Assembly (NCBI GenBank): GCA_963514005.1
Contig: OY740809.1
Location: 26,412,001 to 26,476,000 of the forward strand
Direction of reading: 5' to 3'
DNA length: 64,000 bases
DNA from: Raja brachyura
Taxonomy: Eukaryota
The notes below the pieces were generated by a model, which had not been told where the DNA came from, did not search any database, and was given only the letters and a program-made list of their open reading frames with translations. Shown piece by piece: positions 52,626-64,000 of the stretch (positions are counted from its first letter, which is position 1; each line of letters begins with the position of its first letter). The position numbers and the translations under genes were made by a program.

Positions 52626-52950
52626 TGCTATCCCTCTCTCTCCATCCCTCCCTCTTTCCCAGTTCTCCGACCACTCTTACTGTCTCCAACTACGTTTTAT
52701 CTGTTTGCTTTGTTGTTACCTTCTCCCAGCTAACAATAATCTATTCTACATTTTCCTTGATTGGCATTCTCTTTGCCCTGTTTTCACACTTCCTTATCTA
52801 TCTATCTCCCTCCCCCCCCCCCCCCCCCCCCCCCCCCCCACCCCCGACATCAGTCTGAAGAATGCTCTTGACCCAAAACGTCGTCACCCATTCCTTCTCT
52901 CAGTAGATGCGCCTGTCCCGCTGAGTTGCTCCAGCATTTTGTGTCTATCT
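52626..52950 (+). mobile_element. Penelope-like terminal repeat (right arm of the inverted pair)
   Basis: Reverse complement of 51050-51355, including the poly-C run. Confidence 0.75.
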
Positions 52951-53370
52951 TTGGTTCCTGAGATTGTTCTTCTTGACATAAGTTTCTCTTTCCTTCCCTT
53001 AGCATTCAAATTATTTCTTAAACATAGTGTCAATTGCAGTTCAATAGGCAGAAATTTAATTTCTGAAGTAGAAAGTTGTAGGTTCAATTCACTCAAAGAC
53101 CTAAGCACAAACATCCTATGCAGCATTGACAGATAAATTGACAGGCATTGGAGGTAAATTCATGCCGGTTGATCGTAAAATATTCCAGGGAAACTACTTC
53201 AAGAACAAGAGGGGAGCTTAACCCCAGCTAACATTTATCTCTTAACTAATGTAATACCAGCTAATATTTAACTCTTAACTAACATAACATATATTTTTAT
53301 GTTAAACCTGCCCTTTAACATATTTCCTAATTGTGGAAAGTTGCTAATCTCAAAGTAGCTACCATGTTTT

Positions 53371-53499
53371 CTGAAGAAGGGTCTCGACCAGAAACATCAC
53401 CTATTCCTTCGCTCCATAGATGCTACCTCACCCGCTGACTTTCTCCAGCATTTTTGTATACCTTTGATTTTTCCAGCATCTGCAGTTCTTTGTTAAACA
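53371..53499 (+). mobile_element. Short Penelope-like terminal insertion with 16-bp direct repeat
   Basis: TACCATGTTTTCTGAA at 53360-53375 and 53500-53515; insert starts CTGAAGAAGGGTCTCGACCAGAAACATC. Confidence 0.8.
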
Positions 53500-54094
53500 T
53501 ACCATGTTTTCTGAATTTGTTTTTTTGTTTTTGGTTTATTCACTTAAGGAATGCGGGTATCATTGTCCACCCCTAAATGGTACAGGCCACTTTATTTGCT
53601 ATGAAGAATTTAGGTGAAATTCTTGGTTTCTTGGTGGTTGGTGAAAGCTGCTTTAAAGAAATTAAAAAATATTATTTTTTAAAGTCTGGACTCGAGCTTG
53701 GCCTCATTTGCATTATACCAAGGTTTAGGATCGTTTCTTTTCCTTTGTTTTTTCTGGCACTATTTCTAAATGTAGGTTTACTCATAACAGCATTCATAAT
53801 TTGTTCTGTTACCTCAAATATTTGTGAACACAAACCACCAGATCTCTGTATCTGCAACCTTTTTAAATTGTACTTACTAGATTATTTTGCATTGTAGCAA
53901 GACAGCACCAAGGCTGGACTAATAAATTTATCACCGTTCCCACAGTCCATGGTTATTAATTGATGCCAGCAATTCCTTTATAAGCATCTTCCTTATATCA
54001 GCATATCATTAGAAAAAGTTTCTAACACAGTGAATACATAAATTATGTAACTGCTTACAAAAGACAGTTTAATACAAGTTAAATTCACTGGTGT

Positions 54095-54503
54095 TTATAA
54101 GGATGAGGGGGGGGATCTTATAGGAACATATAAAATTATAAAAGGACTGGACAAGCTAGATGCAGGAAAAATGGTCCCAATGTTGGGTGAGTCCAGAACC
54201 AGGGGCCACAGACTTAGAATAAAGGGGAGGTCATTTAAGAATGAGGTGAGAAAAAACATTTTTACCCAGATAGTTGTGAATTTATGGAATTCCCTGCCAC
54301 AGAGGGCAGTGGAGGCCAAATCACTGGATGGATTTAAGAGAGAGTTGGATAGAGCTCAAGGGGCTAGTGGAGTCAAGGGATATGGGGAGAAGGCAGGCAT
54401 GGATTATTGATAGCGGACGATCAGCCATGATCACAATGAAAGGTAGTGTTGGCTCGAAGGGCCGAATGGCCTCCTCCTGCACCTATATGCTTCTATGTTT
54501 CTA
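54095..54503 (+). mobile_element. CR1 LINE 3' end
   Basis: PMLGESRTRGHRLRIKGR...LWNSLPQRAVEAKSLDGFKRELD; ttctatgtttcta tail. Confidence 0.9.
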
Positions 54504-54734
54504 AATGTTGTCATTCTGTTTTCAATCACTGAAATCTGATTATGCATATAGTGAAGCCTAATTATGCACACAATAAACAATGAAAACACAAGGAACCACA
54601 TACTGGTTTGCAAAAAAAGACACATGGTGTTGGAGTAACTTAGACCACATGTCTGGAGATCATGACCAGCTGAGATACTCTCACATTGTCTATTTTTTAC
54701 AATAAAAATGAAGATCTGGAAAATCTTACTGTCA

Positions 54735-54905
<171 letters not shown>

Positions 54906-57900
54906 CTATTGACCAAACTACAAGGCACAACATAATAGCAAAGGAGGCTTGCTTGGAAAGATTTGCTGGAAAACAACATTCCTACATTTGAATAACTCAG
55001 GCTTTTTTAAATTATTTTGTAGAACTTGGTGGAAAGAAGGGAGGGAGACGATGGAACTACAGACTTGTTGGTTCAACACCCATAGCTGGGAAAATACTGG
55101 AACCTGTAATTAAGTTTATGATATGAAGACATCTGGAAATAAGAATGTGATTGAAGAGAGTCAGCATTGACTGTTGAACGGGTAATGACAAATCTTAAAG
55201 TTCATAAAGGTCTACATACACATCTAATGTTTACCCCTCATTTACACAATGAGATGCAAGCAGATTTTCAGAAGGCTTTCAATAAGATCCCATGCAGGCT
55301 TTCAGTGAATGAGGTGAAAGCACATGCAAAGGTGGGAATATACCAGCATGCACTGATAATTTGGTTAAGAGGTGGTTAACAGTGAGAAAATAATGGTTCA
55401 GGTTGGCATCCTTTCTCACTGTAAGGGTGGTGAATCCTTGGAATTCTCTCCTTTAAAGAACTGTGGAGACTCAGTCAATCGTTACATTTAAAAACATATT
55501 TCTGGATTCTAAATGAAGGGATATACGATAGGGACCAAAAAATGGTGTTTGAGCCAAAATATTAGCCATGATCTTGTTGAATGGCAGGGCTGTATGGAAG
55601 GACCAAATGGCCTACTTCTGGTTATTTTTCTTATGTTCTTCATCATTTCTAATAAGGCCAGGATGCACGACCCTTCTCTGTTTGTCTTTGAGAGATTGGT
55701 GAGAAGCCTTCTTCAAGCCCCTAGTCCCACAGTATGCTGAATAGATATTTCCTAGATTTAAAATTGATACCAATTAAATAATTGTATCTCATTTCCAAGT
55801 CCAGATGGTGTGGGAGTGCATAGGTGATGATGTTCCCAAGATCCAGTCGATCTTATCCATCTAAATGGCATAGTTTGCACATTTGGGAGATGCCATTGAA
55901 ATAGCTTTGGCTCGTAATTATAGCTCATGAATTGTACAGCTACAGTGCACTTATGCCAATCAAGCAGACTGCTTTGTGTAGGAAGGTGTCAAGCTCCTGC
56001 AAACTTGCTGGAACTTCACTCACCCTGGCAAGTGAAAGTATTCCAACAGACTCTCGACTTGTGTTCTGCAGATAGCAGAAAGGCTGTGGAGAGTCAGGAA
56101 GTGAATCACTTACTTCAGGATACCAACCTCTAATCCAGTAACATAGTTTATGATGACTATGGTTATTGATGGTAAAGGAATTGGCAATAGTAATGTCACT
56201 GCACATCAATAGGTGTTGGCCAAAACCTCCCATCACTGATCGTTTGACAGGTGTGTGATTTGCTCTGGACTTGCTGCAAATATACACTGCTTAATTTTCC
56301 AAAGAGCTGCTGATGGAAGTAAACATTGTGCATTCATTAGCAAAGTTCTAACTTCATGAAAGAAGGAAGGTCAGTGGTTGGGTCTAAGATAATGTCTTGT
56401 GGAACACATGGAACAATGTTATGTGGATGAAATAAGTAGACTTCAAACAATTGCATTTATTCTTTTCTACATTCGGTGACTCGAATCGGTCAAGCATTTC
56501 TCCAAAATTCCCAGTTTTTCCTTGATGCAAAGTTTGGTAAATTGCTGCCATGATATCAGGGGCTGTTTTACCTCATCTTGCTTCTGACATCAGCTCCCTT
56601 ATCAATGTTTGGATCAAGCTGTAATGCGATCTCGAATCCAGTGCTTCTAGCAACCTGACATCAGTGAGTAGGCAATTTGTGAGCGACACTTGATAACAAT
56701 GTCAATGATCTCATCATATTGCTGATGATTAAGAATAGCATGCTACGGTAGTAATTAGCTGATTTAGATTTATCTTGTTTTTTTTTACAGTATATACCTG
56801 GCAAGTTTCCATTGTCAGTGAAGCTAATGTTGTATATGTACCAGCTACTTCTGGAGTGCAAGTCTTCAGAACTACAACTGGAATGAAGGTCTGCTCCCAA
56901 GGCGTTTGCTGGATCCAGTCACTCAGCTGATCCTCGAAATCGCAAGCAGTAAACTGATTGGCTAAAGTCTGGTTTCCAATTGGACAGGATGCCAGAGTGG
57001 CTTATCCACTGTGTGAAAATGATTACAAGTGCTTCAACCTTGCCCGTATAATTCAAAAGACATTCTTCACCCTGTTGAATATGTTCATGGTCATTTGCTA
57101 GTTTTATTCTTATTTTGCTTATAATGGTTTAGTACAACTGAAAGGCAAGAATCAAGCACGTCATTATGCACCTGGAGTAACAGGCCAACTGAGGAAAGGG
57201 TGGCAATTTCCTTCCCTGAAGCACAACAGCGAACCAGAAAGATTTCGATGAAAGTGGTTTCAAAGTCAGCATTACTGACTCAAGAATTTTAAGTAGAGTT
57301 AAAAAAAATTATTTCACTGAATTTAAATTCCTCAGCTGTTCACCATTATTACAGGCTGCAGAATAATGTAACCACTAACCCACCATTCTGCACGTGATCT
57401 CAAGTGTATTCCATACTTCTGTACTGCCATGCACTGGGCACTCAAATTTGATATTCAGGCACAGCAAGCAGTGAAAGTGACAAGCAAGAAGAGCCGATTG
57501 ATGAGTCAATGTAATAAAGCAATATTGTGGCTATAAAGAGCAGTACATTCAGTTAGAATCTCAGCCATCACGAATCTTCTTATTTTACTTTATTTCATGT
57601 CTTTTAATAGACAAGAGCATCTTCATGACATCCCATTGAAACAAAATATATATATACATTCATGATATAACAGGAATGTGATTTATTTGGGATTTATCTA
57701 ACAAAAAGCAGTGGAGGTAATATGGACAAGTTATTTCTTGATTTTACTTTATTAATGTCTATTTCATATAGCATACTATATATTTCATGAGTATAACATT
57801 ATAGAAAATCAAAAAAATATTAAGATTTAAATTTACAAGAACACATCCATAGAGCTTTATAATGGAAAACCACCGTTACTAATTTAGATTCCTCTAACGG

Positions 57901-58849
57901 AAGTATTTGTGGTTGTTTCACTCAATATTAATGCACTTGAGCTAAAAGAAAGGCAAAATGGAATGCATCCAATATTGCCAATTATATAAAGTCATGTGGA
58001 AAAATCTGCAGCAATGAGGACGCACAGAGTTGTTGCAATACAATGATTTGGTCATGCAACTGGACACAGAAGTTGCAGATGCAGCATTTTGTTGAAAATG
58101 TAGGTCGGTTCAGCAGGAAGTCTCGATTAGCAGTAATGTTTTTAAATACATCTAGGTGAGCTGCCTTATGAGGAGCAAAAAATAAAATAGGCACACCAAA
58201 CACATAGAAAGACAAATGGCCTGGATGACTAAGAGTACAAAAGTAAGGAATGTTTGATGAGAATGGAGAACTGTATGTAGTTTCAATCATTTCAAAAGTA
58301 ACTTATACTGGCTTTCTAGTGCGCGCAGCAGTTTTAAAACATTGATTTTAGGATGATGATGCATTGCGATGATGAGGGACTGCGCTAAATCGATTCATGT
58401 TTACCTGCATTTATTAGAATGATATGTAATTTCAATGAGATTTATAAGATGAATTTCTGCGAGGAATTGAAAAAGTACGTAATGAGAATATATTTTCTCT
58501 CCTGTGTCTTCAGTGATATCATGCAAAAACATGGAAAATTCCTCCTGGGTTTTGCAGGACAAATGAAAGTTGATGATCCTCCAGAACCAGAAATAAGGAG
58601 TTGGCCATTCAAAATGAGATGAGTGAAATGTCTACACCAAGAGAGTTCCTCTGGAATTCCCTACCCATGAGGGTTGCGGTGGGTCAAATGCTCAATATAT
58701 TCAAGATAGATTTATGGATATGACGAATACAAAGGAAATGAAAAGGATTAATGCAGAGAGTAGCATTGAAGTAAAAGATTAACCATGATCTTACTGAATG
58801 GCAGAGTAGCTCAAGGGAGTTAAAATGTAGTTTTCCCCTTGCCATCCGC

Positions 58850-59776
58850 AGCTTTATTTTGTTGGAGTGCGATCTATTTCTGGAGATTCGTTCCGACTGC
58901 CGGTAAGTTAATTTTTTAAAATAAATAGTCCGACTATTTCAGCGCTGGAATAAAGTAAAAATTAGCTCCTAATGCCGTGAACGCCAACAACGGGAACCGA
59001 TTTTACATAGGGGACAGGTCAGTGAAAGCTGTTTATTTTTTCATATAAACCTGCTTTTTTAGATAACCTTAATCAACATTTCATGTTGCGAAACAGTGAT
59101 TTAGTCCCCATACGAACCGTCAGAATTTTCCCTGCGGATATTGGGTTTAAATTCACCGCAACCGCAACGTTCTAATCCATCACGTTCCAGAAAATCCCAC
59201 TCACAAGCTGTTTAAAATGCCCCTTAATTTATGGGCATTAAACACTAAATTCCTTAAATTTGGCCTATAAATTAATGACAATTAGATTTAAAAATCATGT
59301 TATATTGTGAATTATTGTGTGAATGTTAATTGGACACTTAGGCTTTACATTTTTTTTAAATTTGTTCTTAAGAAATGGATAGATGTTTAGATCTAGTAAT
59401 TGAATTTTGTAATTAGCTACAATTGGGTAACTAACTAATTATATGCTTTAATTTCTTGTCATCCAAGTATGATTGTTTCATATTTGTTTAAGAATACTTC
59501 AATCCATAATAACTGAAAATTTATTTCAGTTCTCTTAATTTCTTTTAAAGTTATGGGCTTTTGACTGTCCTCGATCACAACTTTTGTGTTTAGTCAATAG
59601 AAAAGCAATAGGAAACAAGTTGCTAATTTCCGAGTATGAAAATGGCCATAACTTTTTTAATACTGAAGATATGAAAGTGAATTAGGTGTCAAATTAAACT
59701 TCTTTTTATGCTTTAACTGATGGGATAAATTGCAGACTTGATTTTTAAAATCTCAAAATTTTGTAACATTGCTACT
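58850..59776. mobile_element. Second, inverted copy of the 51359-52397 DNA transposon
   Basis: Ends ...TCTCAAAATTTTGTAACATTGCTACT, the reverse complement of the 51359 terminus; long stretches align by eye; left boundary approximate. Confidence 0.8.
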
Positions 59777-60252
59777 CTGTAGGGAGGATTGATTCGACTC
59801 GCTAGATGAGGTCTCGTCGTTAAAGAGGTAGTTCATTAACCTTTGGAAGACTTGCTGCTAAACACAGTGACAAAGAACAGCTGTAAACACAAGACTGCAA
59901 CATGTAAGAACCAAGACAGAACTACTAAGGATTATCCTCCCCACCCACCAATAGATAGGAAAGCCTGCTTTTCAGCAGAATGTCTCCGCTTTAGCTATTC
60001 TGACAACATTTTTGGCCATTTTTGACATCATGCTCCCCAGTATGTGAGCTCCAGGGTTTACAAAATTATAACCTACTCATCTTCCTTATAATTCTCGAAA
60101 TGCCCGATAACACATTTCTGATATTTCCATACACTTATTATTTCAAGAAAAAATAAACTTTGTGTGCCTTTTAGAGAAAATATAATTATTGTAAACATTA
60201 TTTAATGAATCTAATTCCCCTGACCACATGCAACTTGAATCAGTACATGTTA

Positions 60253-60615
<363 letters not shown>

Positions 60616-61699
60616 TCACAAAATTCTAATTCCAAAATAAAAAAGTGTAACATACACATACAATTCCTGACTGCAGCCATACATCTCATCCACTTTTCCA
60701 ATCCTCAGTTAAAGCTGCACACCCGAGCTCCAGCTCAGGCTCCCACAGCAGACCTGCCCTCTTGGCAGTTAACCAGGGAGCCGGAAACATGGGACAGTTG
60801 TGTAGTCAGAACCATGAGTTAGGAATGTGGATATGTATGCAGTTGGAGTTGGAGGCCAAGAACATAGAAAGGCGTGTGCCAGTTGTCAGGGGTCCTATGT
60901 CCAACCCGCCAAGTCAAGTCTTTAATTTTTACATACACTTATTTGCTGCAGCTTTACAGGGACATTAATACAAAAAATATACAATAATCAATAATACAAT
61001 AAATTCACAATGATATTAGGTAACCAGACTATAATGGTGCAACCTATAAAGAGTACTTAGTAGTGAGCAGTGCAATGTACAAAGAGTCCACAGTAGTTTG
61101 TTGCTGAGGTAGGGTCGTAGTTAGTGTTGTGCAATGTGGTTCAAAAGCCTGATGGTTGATGTGAAGAAGTTGCTATTGAACCAGTAACAGTGAGATGAGA
61201 GAGTGTTTGTGTGTCGTGCATACAAGGACAACCTCGGACAACTGTATTACACAGGCCTTGTAATTTGCATTCTTGGCATCACACTTGCATAATGAATGCT
61301 CATTCCAAGCTCTATCAAGGAATAATATGACCATGTGGAAAGACAAAAAAGTTCAAGAAAATCTGGTCTCATGAATCACCTCGGAATCCATAACACTGGA
61401 GACTAGGAAAATCATCCTAGATCTCAAGGAAGTGCCAAGACAGGAATGTTTCCCTGCCTGGGACAACTATCCATGCGTCTATCAAAAAGCTGGTCTTAAA
61501 TACATACAGTACAGCATGTTCTCCAATTGATTTGATCCCAACTGTCACTGAATCAGGATCTTGCCCTGTCAAATCCATGTGGTAAAAGAAATTCACATAG
61601 TCAAGTTCCACTTAACCACGTAAGGTTTGGGACCTGCAACATCTGTACCTTTGTGGACTATCTAAAGGGTGATATACTTGAATATCGTTCTCCTATCAT

Positions 61700-62340
61700 A
61701 ACTTAGGAACTCAGATGCTATGATATCAATAAATAACTATTTAAGGAACCTTCTTTTGAAGGAGCAAAGTGCATGAGAATGAACAGCACCACCATGAATG
61801 AGGTAGCCTGGCATCTCGTATACTTCCACTGATGATCTAGTGAATACTTTACGACTCTTTGGCTCCTCCGTTGCAAAACTAACACTCCAGGGAAGGTGTT
61901 AGGTGAATTCAATGCCAGGATGGGAAGCAACACAAAACTCCGGTAATGTGTAATCAGAAGTAGTGAGGAAAGTTATCCCGGGTGAGGTCATTTCCTGACA
62001 AATGTTTGGAGGACAGTTCCATTTTAACCAACATCCTGTTTTGTCAGAGAACAAACATCAAGACTTCACAGCAACAGGCCATGTTCTAACTCCTGTTAGA
62101 TTACATCATTATCTGAACAAAGGACTGCATAGATGTCCCTATCACGACAAGTACTGATGACTACTGGACTGACTACTGCCTAATCAGTTCTAGCAGCTCC
62201 TTCATCCAAGTGTTAATATTAATATCAACAGAAATATTGCCACAAAAAGATTCACGTTGGAAGTTCTCTACGACTGTATGAATACAATTCCTCTCAGATA
62301 GTGCCGCACAGACAACCAATCGACTCCCAGCCGACAGCAT
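61700..62340 (+). mobile_element. Degenerate RTE-like LINE endonuclease fragment
   Basis: Remnants of G(D/E)FNARMG, LTNILF, LLDYII and DYWTDY motifs in broken frames. Confidence 0.45.
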
Positions 62341-62865
62341 AAATCAGGAAATTAAGTGTAAATCAAAAAAAAAAAAGGGTTAATCTAATTGAAAAATGTC
62401 GCTACAAGAATGAATTCGTAGAGCGCATTATGGGTAGCTTCATCATGAGTCAACCAGGGAATAGAATATTTTGGATCTGGCAGTGCGTAGTTAGACATTA
62501 ATAAATGATTTAAAAGTGAAGGATCCCTTAGGAAGCACTGATAACAATAGCACAGAATTTAGCAATCGGCATGCAAGTTAAAAAAACTTGGATCTGAAAA
62601 CAGCTTTAAATAAGTAATTTGAATAGAAAGAAATAAGGAATGTTGGCTGAAGTGAATTGTGTAAATTGTGTAAATTGATTAGTAGGTGGTCTTTTGTGTA
62701 GCTGTGGTATAATTTTTACTCCCTCGTTTTTTTAGTCTGCTCAGTACAAAGAGCACCGTTCAATTTCCTCAGGTCCATATACTTTTCAATGTACTATTTA
62801 AGCACTGGAATAATTTGTAAAAAATATAAAATGTATTTATTTAATATTTTAAGCACTGAAAATCA

Positions 62866-63000
<135 letters not shown>

Positions 63001-63293
63001 CTAAAAGATGAAAAAGGGAAACGCTTAAAAGATAATTATAAAACATACCGATAAAAAAGAAAAAACAATTGCAATTGATCCTCTAATGAAAATCATCAAG
63101 TTATCAAACTTAACACATAGTCATATTTGTTTTGTTAAATGATACTTGACATGTTTCTGTATTCACAGAGCCAGCCACCCCTCACAGTACTGAGATGTCT
63201 ATAGACATACAGAATTGCAGATGCTGGTTTACCAAAAAAGGCACAAAATGCTAGAGTAACTCAGCGGGTCAGGTAGCATCTTTGGAGAACATG

Positions 63294-64000
63294 CAGGGCT
63301 CAAAATTAACGGTTGCCCGGGTGCCATTGGCCACCTAACATCCCGCTGGGCAACCTAACAGTTGTGTCCTTTTCCCCGGCTTGGCAAGCACCCAGGACAC
63401 CTGCCGTTCAACTCTGAGCAGGACCCACCCCCCCCCCTCCGTCTCCGGGCCGCTGTGTCTCCGCTCTCCGTCCCGCCTGCACATGCACACTGTCATGGCA
63501 ACTGGTTGGCGCCGTGCACTTTCTCCCTCCCTTTGCATTGTGGGAGATCTGGCCGCCATTGCTGTCCAGTCACCACCTCACCACGACCGCTGAAAACCAA
63601 TGCAGAATCACTCCCTGGAGCTGGAGTAACTCCCTGGATTAACTCTTGCTTCTGGTTTCCTGGTCCTCCAGAAATATTCTAAATGGAATTTTAAACTGGA
63701 GGTGGTGGAGGGTCCATCACCAAACTCTGAAAAATAACAGCTTATTGCACTGTACATATATGGCCTATGGCATATAAACATGCTGAACTTTTAGCTCCTG
63801 TTCTGTATTATGTTTACATATTCTGTTGTGCTGCAGCAAGCAAGAATTTCATTGTCCTACCTGGGACAAATGACAATAAAACTCTCTTAACTCTTGACTT
63901 GGATTTAAGCAAAAAAAAGCAACCTTAAATTTAGTTGTGCCTGGTTGGTAATTATGGTAGGGTGAAGACTATTCCATGCTTTAATTGTGTGAGGGACCTC
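63294..64000. mobile_element. Possible hAT-type element starting CAGGGCTCAAAATT, interrupting a Penelope-like fragment; other end not identified
   Basis: hAT-like 5' terminus with subterminal GGTTGCCC/GGGCAACC motifs; abrupt end of the 63210-63293 fragment. Confidence 0.35.

Overview
Vertebrate genomic DNA; the repeat landscape (CR1 LINEs, tRNA-derived HE1/V-SINE-like SINEs, Penelope-like termini) points to a cartilaginous fish, probably a skate or ray (inference). Two intron-containing genes converge tail to tail. On +, the last 8 coding exons of an RBR E3 ligase best matching RNF19B (991-12972). On -, the last 9 coding exons of a class I (GH47) alpha-1,2-mannosidase best matching MAN1C1 (63000-29746). 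All exon phases join in frame; the first exons of both genes lie outside the window. Introns and the intergenic region hold CR1, L2, RTE and Penelope fragments, a frameshifted Tc1, hAT/Harbinger/Tigger MITEs and a probable Helitron. Top observations: (1) a ~120-bp retroposon in two copies with target-site duplications, whose 5' end folds into a compact HDV/CPEB3-like ribozyme; (2) many Penelope-derived termini carrying minimal hammerhead cores; (3) a degenerate ~30-bp repeat giving seven miR-17-family 8mer sites on the mannosidase strand; (4) inverted ~0.9-kb transposon copies bracketing one mannosidase exon. All calls were made by eye; no searches were run.
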